DNA of 64,000 bases from the NCBI GenBank assembly GCA_964458575.1, contig CAYWMD010000027.1, positions 20,642 to 84,641 on the forward strand. Direction: 5' to 3'. Of the stretch, positions 12,997 through 22,071 are shown in pieces (the stretch's first letter is position 1; the number at the start of each line of letters is the position of its first letter). The position numbers and the translations under genes are program-made. The notes below the pieces were generated by a model that saw nothing but the letters and a program-made list of their open reading frames with translations, did not search any database and had not been told where the DNA came from. Origin of the DNA: an uncultured Bifidobacteriaceae bacterium. GTDB taxonomy: Bacteria > Verrucomicrobiota > Verrucomicrobiia > Limisphaerales > JADLHS01.

Positions 12997-14598
12997 ATGC
13001 GCCCGCTGATTGTCGAAGTTCCGACGGCACACACGCCCGAATCGTTGGTGGAGCAACTCCACGGCACGATGGGCGTGGTCTTGTTGCGCAGTGCGCTCTT
13101 CGATTCACCGCAGGCGCGCTACTCGTTTGTTGCGGCGCAGCCGTTCCTGACGTTTCGTTCGTTCGGCTCCCGGTGCGAAATCGCGCACCACGCACCATGC
13201 ACCACGCGCCACGAGCAATTCGGCAATCCGTGGCACCTGCTGGATGCGCTCATGGCGCGTTATGAAATCCTCGATGAGATTGACCTGCCCTTCCCGCTCG
13301 GCGGCTGCTTCGGTTACTGGGGTTACGACCTGAAGAATTTCACCGAGCCGAAACTCCCGCGCCGCGCGGTGAACGATCTGGAACTGCCTGATTGTCACGT
13401 GGGCTTTTATGACAGTCTTGTGGTTTTCGATCATCACCTTGGAAAAACTTGCATCGTCTCGACCGGCCTCGGCGAGGATGGTTCGCGGAATGAAGGGCGC
13501 GCACAGGAACGGGTGGAGTTTTGGCGACAGCGGTTGGCGAGTGAATCAAAACAAACCCTCACCCCGGCCCTCTCCCGTCCAACGGGAGAGGGAGAATCGT
13601 CGGACGGGTGCTTGAATCAAAAGTCCGCGTCATTTGCCGGACGACTCCCGGTGAATCCGAAAGCGCCCGGTTGCTGTCCCCCTCTCCCATCAGATGGGAG
13701 AGGGGTCAGGGGTGAGGGTTCGGTGATTTCCAACCTCACCCGTGACGAATTCCTCGCCGCCGTCCAGCGCGCCCAGCGATACATCTGCGCCGGCGACATT
13801 TACCAGGTGAACCTGTCGCATCGCCTTGCCGCGCCGTGTCCGTTTTCTGGCTGGGAGCTTTTTGAACGGCTGCTCGCCGTGTCACCCGCCCCGTTCGCGG
13901 CGTATTTCGATTGCGGCCATGTTCAAATCGCCTCCTCGTCACCGGAACAATTTCTCCGCCTGAGCGGACCGCACATCACCACGCGCCCGATCAAAGGCAC
14001 GCGCCCGCGTTCATCCGACCCCACGCGCGACGCGCAACTCGCCTACGAACTCCAGACCAGTCCCAAGGAACTCGCCGAACTGGTGATGATCACCGACCTG
14101 CTCCGCAATGACCTCGGCAAGGTTTGCGAATTCGGCTCCGTGCAAGTACCGGAGCTGGCCCGGCTGGAACGTTTCCCCCAGGTGCAACATCTCGTCTCGA
14201 CGGTGGAAAGTCGCCTGCGAAACGACGTGACGCATTTCGCCGCGCTGGCCTCGTGCTTCCCCGGCGGCAGCATCACCGGCGCGCCGAAGTTCCGCGCGAT
14301 GGAGATCATTGACGAGCTTGAACCCATCGCGCGCGGGCCGTATTGCGGCTGTCATGGCTATCTGGGTTTCAACCGCGAGAGCCAGTTGAGCATCAGCATC
14401 CGCACGGCAGTTCACAAAGATGCCACGGCCCACTTTCACGTCGGCGCCGGCATTGTGGCGGACTCCAATCCCGAGGCGGAATACGACGAAACGCTGGCGA
14501 AGGCGGGCGGGTTTCTCGCGGCATTGCAATTTGCAAAACCTGCTTCGCTCCCAGTCCCGGCGTCATCCAAGCGAAGCAAGCACTACAGAACCTCGTAA
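12997..14598 (+). CDS. pabB: Aminodeoxychorismate synthase component I (chorismate-binding enzyme) carrying an in-frame repeat insertion
   Basis: Chorismate-binding domain GDIYQVNLSHR, ASSSPEQFLRL, PIKGTRPR, MITDLLRNDLGKVC and GAPKFRAMEIIDELEP. The Lys in PIKGT is Ala in TrpE/isochorismate synthase, which favours PabB. A roughly 54-aa low-complexity segment (LTPALSRPTGEGE...PLPSDGRGVRGEG) sits between the N-domain and the chorismate-binding domain. Confidence 0.75.
   Translation: MRPLIVEVPTAHTPESLVEQLHGTMGVVLLRSALFDSPQARYSFVAAQPFLTFRSFGSRCEIAHHAPCTTRHEQFGNPWHLLDALMARYEILDEIDLPFPLGGCFGYWGYDLKNFTEPKLPRRAVNDLELPDCHVGFYDSLVVFDHHLGKTCIVSTGLGEDGSRNEGRAQERVEFWRQRLASESKQTLTPALSRPTGEGESSDGCLNQKSASFAGRLPVNPKAPGCCPPLPSDGRGVRGEGSVISNLTRDEFLAAVQRAQRYICAGDIYQVNLSHRLAAPCPFSGWELFERLLAVSPAPFAAYFDCGHVQIASSSPEQFLRLSGPHITTRPIKGTRPRSSDPTRDAQLAYELQTSPKELAELVMITDLLRNDLGKVCEFGSVQVPELARLERFPQVQHLVSTVESRLRNDVTHFAALASCFPGGSITGAPKFRAMEIIDELEPIARGPYCGCHGYLGFNRESQLSISIRTAVHKDATAHFHVGAGIVADSNPEAEYDETLAKAGGFLAALQFAKPASLPVPASSKRSKHYRTS
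13556..13718. repeat. MITE/RPE-like palindromic element, copy 1 (full length, in-frame inside pabB)
   Basis: Left end ccctcacccc-ggc-ccctctccc/gtccaac/gggagaggg and right end cccctctccc/atcagat/gggagagggg-tcaggggtgaggg. The ends are inverted repeats of each other. Each holds a perfect 9-10-bp-stem hairpin. The 86-bp internal segment is not conserved. Confidence 0.7.
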
Positions 14599-14851
14599 AC
14601 AGGGCTGAACAGATCAACCTGGGATCATTAGGGTGCGCCCGGAAGTGGCGGGCAGTCAGCTTCCCACTCCCCTCCACGCGGAGTGGAGGAAAGGGCCGGG
14701 GAAAGGAGGTGCGGTGCAGTCGCGACTTCAATCAATCCGTGACTCACAGTTGCGGCTCCAACCTCGGCAGCCAGCTTGTTTGTTTGCCGCCCGATTTGTG
14801 GTTTTGACACCGTCCAGCAATTGCACTTAATTATGCCACTGAATCCGGGTT

Positions 14852-17800
14852 ATGGACGCGTTCGCGCGCGTTCCGTCGCCCTTCGTCATGGCCAGATCGA
14901 AAATCAATTTGCGCATTCGCTCGGCGGCGGTTCGCGGCAGCCTGCTGCTGGCCTTGACCCTGTCCGGCGCCACGACGGAGGCCGCCACGGATTTCCAGCG
15001 CGACATCAGGCCAATTCTTGCCGAACAGTGTTATTCCTGCCACGGCCCGGAAAAGCACAAAGGCGGATTGCGGTTGGACAAGAAAACTGACGCGTTCAAG
15101 GGCGGCGATTCCGGCGCGGCCATCGTGCCGAACAAAAGCGCGGACAGCCTCCTCTTCAAAAACATTTCCGGCGCGAATCCCGACAGCATCATGCCGCCCA
15201 AGGGCGATCCGCTTACCGGGACACAAGTCGCCTTGATCAAAGCGTGGATTGACGAGGGCGCGCCCTGGCCGGACGAAGTTGCTGACAGCGACAGGACGCG
15301 CAGCACTCATTGGTCATTTCAACCAGTGAAGCGACCGGAAGTTCCCGCAGTCAAAGACAAACGCTGGGCGCGCAACCCGATAGACAATTTCGTCCTGGCG
15401 CGTTTGGAGAAAGAAAAGATCAAACCGTCGCCCGAAGCGGATCGCATCAATTTGATTCGGCGGTTGAGTCTCGATTTGCTGGGGTTGCCGCCCACGCCCG
15501 AGGAAGTGAAGGCGTTTCTAAAAGACAAAAAGCCCGGCGCCTACGAGCGGCTGGTGGACCGATTGCTGGCCTCGCCGCACTTTGGCGAACGCTGGGGGCG
15601 ACACTGGCTCGATCTCGCGCGTTACGCGGACAGTGATGGTTACGAGAAGGATTCGCCCCGGCCCTACGCGTATCTTTATCGCGATTGGGTCATCGAGGCG
15701 ATCAACCGCGACCTGCCCTTCGATCAATTCACCATCGAGCAACTCGCCGGCGACCTTTTGCCGAACCCGACGAAGGATCAAAAAATTGCCACCGCGTTCC
15801 ATCGCCAGACGCTTATCAACAAGGAAGGCGGCGTGGACCCCGAAGAATTCCGCGACAAGGCGGTGATGAACCGCGTGGACACCACGGGCACGGTGTGGCT
15901 GGGCTTGACGATCAGTTGCGCCCAATGTCACACGCACAAATACGATCCCATCACGCAGCGCGAGTATTATCAGATGTTCGCCTTCTTCAACAATTCCGAC
16001 GAACAGGACCTGCCCGCCGCCAAGCCCGAAGAAATCGCGAAGTTTAACACAAAGAAATCCGAATGGGACACCGAGCACGCGAAACTGAAGAAGCCATACG
16101 ACGATTACGTACGCGAAAAATTGCCGGCCAAGGTGGCCCGTTGGAGTTCAAGCTTCAGCTTGTCCCAGCCTTCCGATGGTTCCGACGATGACAGGCTAAA
16201 GCCTGAACTCCAACCCCGGCTGGCTTTGTGGAGCGTTCTCAAGCCGGAGCAGGTTGCCGCCGCCAACGGGGCGACGCTGACCGCGGAAACCAACCATTCG
16301 ATCGTTGCCTCCGGCACCAATCCGCTCACCGAAACTTACACGGTGGAAATCAAACCAGCGCCGGGCGACATCACCGGATTTCGAATCGAGGTGTTGCCCG
16401 ATGATAAAGGCGAATCCGGCCCGGGGCGTGTTGGCAGCGGCAACTTTGTTCTCAATGAATTCACGGTGACGATCCAATCCACGGACGGCGCGGCACCACG
16501 TGCGGTTGCATTGACCAATGCCTCGTCGGATTTTTCGCAAAAGGAATATGACGTCGGCGGGGCGATTGACGGCAAAGCCAACACGGGTTGGGCCGTCGGA
16601 GGGGAAGCCAAAAAACGCCACGTGGCGGTGTTTGCGTGTGCCACGCCGCTGAAGCTCGCGGCCGACGAAACGCTGGTGTTCACGTTGAACCAGCAATTTG
16701 GCAACCAGCACACAATCGGCCGCTTTCGATTGTCCGCCACGGCCACGCCGTCACCATTCCAGGCCACGCTCGTCTCGGATGCCGTGCCGGCGGCGTGGTT
16801 TACGCCCGCAGAAAAGCGCACCGCCGAACAAAAGGACACCTTGGCCGATTATTATCGGGACGAGGTGGACCCCGGCGCGAAGAAACTGCGCAAGCCGATT
16901 CAGGAACACGCGAAGAAAGAACCGAAATATCCCGAAACCGCCGCCGCCATCCTGGTCGAGCGGGAGAAACCGCGCGCCACGCATGTCCACGTTCGTGGCG
17001 ATTTCCTCCGGCCGGGCGATGCGGTGCAACCGGGGACGCTGGCCGTGCTTAACCCGTTCAACCCGCGCAACGGAAAGCCCGACCGGCTCGATCTGGCGCG
17101 CTGGTTGATGGATGAGACCAACCCGTTGACCGGTCGCGTCGTGGTGAATCAGATCTGGAACAATCTTTTTGGCCGCGGGCTCGTGGCGACGGTAAACGAT
17201 TTCGGCACGCGCGGGGAGAAACCGTCGCATCCGGAGCTGTTGGATTGGCTCGCGACGGAATTCCCGCGCTTGGCCTGGAGTCGCAAGGCCCTCATCAAGT
17301 TGATCGTTACGTCGGCCACCTACCGTCAATCCGCCAACTACCGGCGGGATCTCGAAGCGCGCGATCCGCTGAACACCTTGCTCGCGCGGCAGAACCGGTT
17401 GCGTTTGGAGGCCGAGACCGTGCGCGATGTTCACCTCGCGGCGAGCGGTTTGTTGTCCGACAAAATCGGCGGGCCCAGCGTACGGCCACCGTTGCCGGCG
17501 GACATCGCCGCGCTGGGCTACGCTAGTTCCATCAAATGGGAGGAGAGCAAGGGCGAGGAGCGTTATCGGCGCGGCATGTATATCTTTTTCCAGCGCACCG
17601 TGGCTTACCCGATGCTGGTGACCTTCGACGTGCCCGATTCGAACAACACCTGCACCCGCCGCGAGCGTTCCAACACGCCATTGCAGGCGCTGACACTGTG
17701 GAACGATCCGGTGTTCTTTGATTGTGCCCGCGCGTTGAGCAAACGTGTCGCGGGTGAACGAAGTGTGAACGCACGGCTCAAACGCGCGTTCGAGCTTTGT

Positions 17801-18013
17801 CTCGCGCGTCCGCCGAGCCGACGGGAACTCGCACGCTTGCGGCAGCTTTACGAAGACCAGCAACGTTTGACACGGGAGCATCCCGACAGCGCGCCGGCCA
17901 TTCTCGGGCTGGACAAGAAAGCTGAACCACTGGCGGACGCGGTGGAACAGGCCAGCCTCGTGGCGGCCGCGCGCGTCATCATGAACCTGGACGAGTTCAT
18001 CACCCGCGATTGA
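14852..18013 (+). CDS. PSCyt1/PSCyt2/PSD1 domain protein (DUF1549/DUF1553)
   Basis: Signal peptide. DIRPILAEQCYSCHGPEKHKGGLRLD (CxxCH). WLDLARYADSDGYEKD, EQLAGDLLP, WLGLTISCAQCHTHKYDPITQREYY. C-terminal CTRRERSNTPLQALTLWND. Stop overlaps the start of the DUF1501 gene. Confidence 0.85.
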   Translation: MDAFARVPSPFVMARSKINLRIRSAAVRGSLLLALTLSGATTEAATDFQRDIRPILAEQCYSCHGPEKHKGGLRLDKKTDAFKGGDSGAAIVPNKSADSLLFKNISGANPDSIMPPKGDPLTGTQVALIKAWIDEGAPWPDEVADSDRTRSTHWSFQPVKRPEVPAVKDKRWARNPIDNFVLARLEKEKIKPSPEADRINLIRRLSLDLLGLPPTPEEVKAFLKDKKPGAYERLVDRLLASPHFGERWGRHWLDLARYADSDGYEKDSPRPYAYLYRDWVIEAINRDLPFDQFTIEQLAGDLLPNPTKDQKIATAFHRQTLINKEGGVDPEEFRDKAVMNRVDTTGTVWLGLTISCAQCHTHKYDPITQREYYQMFAFFNNSDEQDLPAAKPEEIAKFNTKKSEWDTEHAKLKKPYDDYVREKLPAKVARWSSSFSLSQPSDGSDDDRLKPELQPRLALWSVLKPEQVAAANGATLTAETNHSIVASGTNPLTETYTVEIKPAPGDITGFRIEVLPDDKGESGPGRVGSGNFVLNEFTVTIQSTDGAAPRAVALTNASSDFSQKEYDVGGAIDGKANTGWAVGGEAKKRHVAVFACATPLKLAADETLVFTLNQQFGNQHTIGRFRLSATATPSPFQATLVSDAVPAAWFTPAEKRTAEQKDTLADYYRDEVDPGAKKLRKPIQEHAKKEPKYPETAAAILVEREKPRATHVHVRGDFLRPGDAVQPGTLAVLNPFNPRNGKPDRLDLARWLMDETNPLTGRVVVNQIWNNLFGRGLVATVNDFGTRGEKPSHPELLDWLATEFPRLAWSRKALIKLIVTSATYRQSANYRRDLEARDPLNTLLARQNRLRLEAETVRDVHLAASGLLSDKIGGPSVRPPLPADIAALGYASSIKWEESKGEERYRRGMYIFFQRTVAYPMLVTFDVPDSNNTCTRRERSNTPLQALTLWNDPVFFDCARALSKRVAGERSVNARLKRAFELCLARPPSRRELARLRQLYEDQQRLTREHPDSAPAILGLDKKAEPLADAVEQASLVAAARVIMNLDEFITRD

Positions 18014-18014
18014 T

Positions 18015-19493
18015 ATGAGCCCTGATGAAATCATAAAGCTGACCCGCCGCGATTTTCTCGCCACCAGCGCCAGCGGCATCGGCGCGCTGGCTTTGGCGTC
18101 GTTGTTCCAGGCGGAAGGATTGCTCGCCGCGGAAGCCGACAAGGCCGTTGCACCCGTAGCGCCGCGCGGTCCGCATTTCACGCCCAAGGCCAAGAGTTGC
18201 ATTTTCATCTACATGGAAGGCGCGCCCAGCCAGATGGATTTGTTCGACCCGAAGCCGAAGCTCAACGAATTAAACGGCCAGAAGCTGCCGGATTCCATGC
18301 TGGAAAAAGTGCGGTTCGCCTTCATTCAAAAGGACGGCGCGCGGCTGATGGGTTCGCCGCGAAAATTCACCAAGCATGGTCAGTGCGGCATGGAGATGTC
18401 CGATCTCCTGCCACACCTTGGCACGTGCGCCGACGACATCGCGCTGATTCGCTCGATGCACACGGACCAGTTCAACCATCATCCGGGTCAGTTGATGATG
18501 CAATGTGGCTCGCCCATGTTTGGCCGGCCAGCGATGGGCTCGTGGCTGAACTACGGACTCGGCAGCGAATCGAAAAATCTGCCGGGCTACGTGGTGTTGA
18601 CCGCCGGACGGGGCACGAGCGGCGGCGCGTCATTGTGGTCGAGCGGCTTTCTCCCGTCCAATTTCGCGGGGACATTGTTTCGCAACCAAGGCGATCCGGT
18701 GCTTGATTTGAGCAACCCGCCGGGCATTACCGATAAGATGCAACACTACGGTCTCAATGCGATCACCGACCTGAACCACCTGCGTCACAAGCAGGTTCAT
18801 GATCCGGAAATCGCCAGCCGCATCAGTGCCTACGAGCTTGCGTTCCGCATGCAAACCGCCGCGCCGGAGTTGATTGACCTGGCAGGTGAGTCCAAGGCCA
18901 CGCTGGAGGCCTATGGCATCGAACGCGAAGACCCGAAGCAGGGGGCCGAGCGCAGCGGCGGCAAGGATGATTACCGGACCTTCGCCAAGAATTGCCTGCT
19001 CGCCCGGCGGCTCGTTGAGCGGGGCGTGCGGTTCGTCAATATTTTTCACGCCTCCTGGGACCATCACAGCGATCTCGACAACGGGCTCGCCTTCAACGCC
19101 GGCATGGCGGACCAGCCGATTGCCGCGCTCCTCAAGGATTTGAAACAACGCGGGCTGCTCGACAGCACGATGGTGGTTTGGGGTTCGGAATTCGGCCGCA
19201 CGCCGCTCGGCGAAAACCGCGTGGGCTTTCAGTCGGTTACGGGCCGCGACCATCACCCCTTCGCTTTCAGTCTCTGGCTCGCCGGCGGCGGCATCAAGGG
19301 CGGTCAGGTCATTGGTGAGACGGACGACATCGGTTGGAACATCGTCAAGGATCCCATTCATGTGAACGACTTGCACGCGACGATGCTGCATTGCTTCGGC
19401 TTGGAACATACGAAGCTGACTTATCGTTTTCAAGGCCGCGATTTCCGGCTGACCGACGTGGCGGGCAAATTGGTGGACAAACTGCTGGCTTGA
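18015..19493 (+). CDS. DUF1501 family protein (sulfatase-like, Tat signal)
   Basis: Tat motif TRRDFLATSASG. Typical DUF1501 blocks FIYMEGAPSQMDLFDPKP, VVWGSEFGRTP and DHHP. Translationally coupled to the PSCyt/PSD1 gene (TGA/ATG one base apart). Confidence 0.85.
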   Translation: MSPDEIIKLTRRDFLATSASGIGALALASLFQAEGLLAAEADKAVAPVAPRGPHFTPKAKSCIFIYMEGAPSQMDLFDPKPKLNELNGQKLPDSMLEKVRFAFIQKDGARLMGSPRKFTKHGQCGMEMSDLLPHLGTCADDIALIRSMHTDQFNHHPGQLMMQCGSPMFGRPAMGSWLNYGLGSESKNLPGYVVLTAGRGTSGGASLWSSGFLPSNFAGTLFRNQGDPVLDLSNPPGITDKMQHYGLNAITDLNHLRHKQVHDPEIASRISAYELAFRMQTAAPELIDLAGESKATLEAYGIEREDPKQGAERSGGKDDYRTFAKNCLLARRLVERGVRFVNIFHASWDHHSDLDNGLAFNAGMADQPIAALLKDLKQRGLLDSTMVVWGSEFGRTPLGENRVGFQSVTGRDHHPFAFSLWLAGGGIKGGQVIGETDDIGWNIVKDPIHVNDLHATMLHCFGLEHTKLTYRFQGRDFRLTDVAGKLVDKLLA

Positions 19494-19602
19494 AACCTGC
19501 CTTGCTTGAGCTTGCGCGCCGGTGTGTGGCAGGCGGACCCGCGCCCCAAGAAGGTTGATTTTTCTTCTCGCCCGAATTCGGGGAATTCTGTAATTGTAGT
19601 GC

Positions 19603-20442
19603 ATGGTTGTATTTCTAAACGGTCAACTCGTGCCGGAAGCACAAGCAGTTGTGCCCGTAAGCGACCGTGGATTCTTGTATGGCGATGGGTTGTTCGAAAC
19701 GATGCGGGTCTTCAACGGCCGGCCGTTTCGGATGGCGCAGCATCTTGAACGCATGGTGCGCGGGGCAAACTATCTCAAAATCCCGCTGCCCTTTACGCCC
19801 AAGCAACTCCAGCATTTCGCCGAGGACCTGATTGAGCAGAACAAGCTGACCGAGGCCGTCCTGCGCGTGGTGCTGTCGCGCGGCCCGGGCAAACGCGGTT
19901 ATTCGCCGAAGGATGCCGGCCCGCCGAATGTGGTGATGACGATGCACGAGATTGCGCCGCTCGATACAGCCAATCCCCCGCGCTGGAGCATGGTGACATC
20001 GCCGTTCCAGGTGCCGGCGAGTGATCCGTTGGCCTCGTTCAAGACCACCAACAAACTGCTGCACGTCGCCGCGCGCGCCGACGCCGAAACCCGGGATGCC
20101 GACGAAGCCCTGCTCATCAACACCAATGGGGAGGTGGCGGAAGCCGCCGGCGGGAACCTGTTCTGGGTCTATCACGACAAGATTTGCACCACCCCCACGG
20201 GCCGCGGCGCATTGCCAGGCATTACGCGGGCCGTGATGCTGGAAATCTGTCAGGTGCTCGGTTTGCCGACCAACAAACGCGTCATCAAGCGCGAGGCGCT
20301 GAAAAACGCCGAAGCCATCTTCCTCTCGCAAAGCGCACTCGGCTTGGTTTCGATCGTCAGTCTTGATGGCGAGCCCGTGCCGGATTCCCCGCTGGTGGAA
20401 AAGATTTACAAGGCTTACTGCGAAATGCTGGCGAAGGAGTAG
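19603..20442 (+). CDS. Class IV aminotransferase-fold protein, probably 4-amino-4-deoxychorismate lyase (PabC-like)
   Basis: 279 aa. DRGFLYGDGLFETMRV and NLFWV with EAIFLSQSALGLVSI are typical of the BCAT/ADCL fold IV. Its size and its position about 5 kb from pabB suggest ADC lyase. A D-amino-acid aminotransferase cannot be excluded. Confidence 0.7.
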   Translation: MVVFLNGQLVPEAQAVVPVSDRGFLYGDGLFETMRVFNGRPFRMAQHLERMVRGANYLKIPLPFTPKQLQHFAEDLIEQNKLTEAVLRVVLSRGPGKRGYSPKDAGPPNVVMTMHEIAPLDTANPPRWSMVTSPFQVPASDPLASFKTTNKLLHVAARADAETRDADEALLINTNGEVAEAAGGNLFWVYHDKICTTPTGRGALPGITRAVMLEICQVLGLPTNKRVIKREALKNAEAIFLSQSALGLVSIVSLDGEPVPDSPLVEKIYKAYCEMLAKE

Positions 20443-20549
20443 GCTGCGTCGAACGCACACTCATTGAACCGTCGCGCCGGGGAGGATCAAACGGCAACGC
20501 CTGTTGTGATCCGACGATTTTAACGACCCAAATTGACCAAAATTACCGC

Positions 20550-20577
20550 TTGCACGACTCCGCGAAGCCGCTATATT
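20550..20577 (+). promoter_or_regulatory. Putative sigma-70 promoter for rpmI-rplT
   Basis: TTGCAC - 16 bp - TATATT lies 30 bp upstream of the rpmI ATG. No infC precedes rpmI here. Confidence 0.35.
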
Positions 20578-20606
20578 GCGCGCTCTTTTTCGTAGAAAAT
20601 TGATTT

Positions 20607-20816
20607 ATGCGACGTCCCAAAGGCATCAAAACCAAAAAGTCCGTGGCGAAACGGTTCAAGATCACGGCCGGCGGCAAGGTCCTGCGCAAAATGGCGGGCC
20701 GACGGCATCTGTGCCAAACCAAAAGCCCCAAGCGCCGCCGCGGCCTGCGCGGCAACGTAGTTGTCCATCCCACTGACGAGTACCGCATCAAGCAGAACCT
20801 CCCGTTCAACCACTGA
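20607..20816 (+). CDS. rpmI: 50S ribosomal protein L35
   Basis: MRRPKGIKTKKSVAKRFKITAGGKVLRKMAGRRHL is a classic L35 sequence. Size 69 aa. Confidence 0.9.
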   Translation: MRRPKGIKTKKSVAKRFKITAGGKVLRKMAGRRHLCQTKSPKRRRGLRGNVVVHPTDEYRIKQNLPFNH

Positions 20817-20851
20817 CTTTCCGAACATCGATATTTACCTGAAACTTTATT

Positions 20852-21235
20852 ATGCGCGTCACAAACGCCCCCGCTTCTTGGAAACGCCGCAAACGCATGT
20901 TGCAAGCCGCGAAAGGCTTTCGCCTGCGGCGTTCGAAACTTTACCGCTACGCCTCCGATGCCGTTGACCACGGCCGGCAATACGCCTATCGCGACCGCCG
21001 TCGCAAAAAGCGCACGTTCCGCTATCTCTGGCAGGCGCGCATCAACGCGGCGGCCCGCAGCGCGGGCATCACTTACAGCCGCCTGATCGAAGGCCTGAAG
21101 GCGGCCAAGTGCGAACTCGACCGCAAGGTCATCGCCGACATCGCGGCGCAGGACAACGCGGCGTTTGTCGAGTTGGTCAACGTCGCGAAGAACGCGCTGA
21201 AGTCCAAACCCGGCGCGGCACTCGCCAAGGCCTGA
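20852..21235 (+). CDS. rplT: 50S ribosomal protein L20
   Basis: KRRKRMLQAAKGFRLRRSKLYRYASDAVDHGRQYAYRDRRRKKRTFRYLWQARINAAAR matches L20 throughout. Confidence 0.95.
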   Translation: MRVTNAPASWKRRKRMLQAAKGFRLRRSKLYRYASDAVDHGRQYAYRDRRRKKRTFRYLWQARINAAARSAGITYSRLIEGLKAAKCELDRKVIADIAAQDNAAFVELVNVAKNALKSKPGAALAKA

Positions 21236-21256
21236 TCAACCGACGGCATTTTCAAC

Positions 21257-21290
21257 GGGCGACCAGCAATGGCCGCCCGTTTTTCTTTCG
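21257..21290 (+). terminator. Putative Rho-independent terminator after rplT
   Basis: gggcgacc/agcaat/ggccgccc is an 8-bp stem with one mismatch. It is followed by gtttttctttcg. Confidence 0.45.
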
Positions 21291-21328
21291 TGTCTCGACC
21301 GCCGCTTCGCCGGTATGCTTGAGGTGCT

Positions 21329-22024
21329 ATGAGTGAAGCGCAATGGACCGAGGTTGACCGTTACCTGACCGACCTGTTTGTCGCGTCCGACGACGCGTTG
21401 GTGACGACGCTTGAAACCAGTGCCGCTGCCGGTCTGCCGTCCATCAGCGTCACGCCCGCCCAAGGCAAGCTGCTCCACCTCCTGGCCCGATCCGTGGGCG
21501 CTCGGAAAATTCTGGAACTCGGCACGCTGGGCGGTTACAGCACCATCTGGCTGGGACGCGCCCTGCCCGCCGGCGGAAAGCTTGTCACGCTGGAATCCCA
21601 GCCCAAACACGCCGAAGTCGCGCGCGCCAACATCGCTCGCGCCGGCTTGTCCGGTGTGGTTGAATTAAGTCTGGGCCCGGCGCTGGACACGCTGCCAAAA
21701 CTGGTGGCCGAGGGATGCGGGCCTTTTGATCTCATCTTCGTTGACGCCGACAAGCCAAACTATCCGAATTATCTGCCGTGGGTTTTAAAGCTCTCCCGCA
21801 AAGGCACCTTGATCATCGCCGACAACATCGTGCGCAAGGGCGCGGTGGCGGATGCAGCCAGCGCCGATCCTCTGGTTCAAGGCGTGCGCCGTTTCAACGA
21901 TCTCCTGGCGGCTGAACCCCGCGTGAGCGCCACAGCCATCCAAACCGTCGGCAGCAAAGGTTACGACGGTTTCGCGCTGGCGTTGGTCACTGCCGACGAG
22001 CGACCCGGCGCCGTCGTTGAATGA
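21329..22024 (+). CDS. Class I SAM-dependent O-methyltransferase (family 3, caffeoyl-CoA OMT-like)
   Basis: ILELGTLGGYSTIWLGRAL (SAM motif I), DLIFVDADKPNYPNY and LIIADNIV. Size 231 aa. Confidence 0.8.
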   Translation: MSEAQWTEVDRYLTDLFVASDDALVTTLETSAAAGLPSISVTPAQGKLLHLLARSVGARKILELGTLGGYSTIWLGRALPAGGKLVTLESQPKHAEVARANIARAGLSGVVELSLGPALDTLPKLVAEGCGPFDLIFVDADKPNYPNYLPWVLKLSRKGTLIIADNIVRKGAVADAASADPLVQGVRRFNDLLAAEPRVSATAIQTVGSKGYDGFALALVTADERPGAVVE

Positions 22025-22071
22025 ATTCACTTTCTGCCCCCGGGACTTCCTCCTAAACTCGACCTCCATTT

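Noticed and set aside
14676-14698. Hairpin cctccac/gcgga/gtggagg after pabB as a Rho-independent terminator
   Set aside because: It has a 7-bp stem and no downstream U-tract. It may just be a local palindrome, and it is unrelated in sequence to the repeat family.
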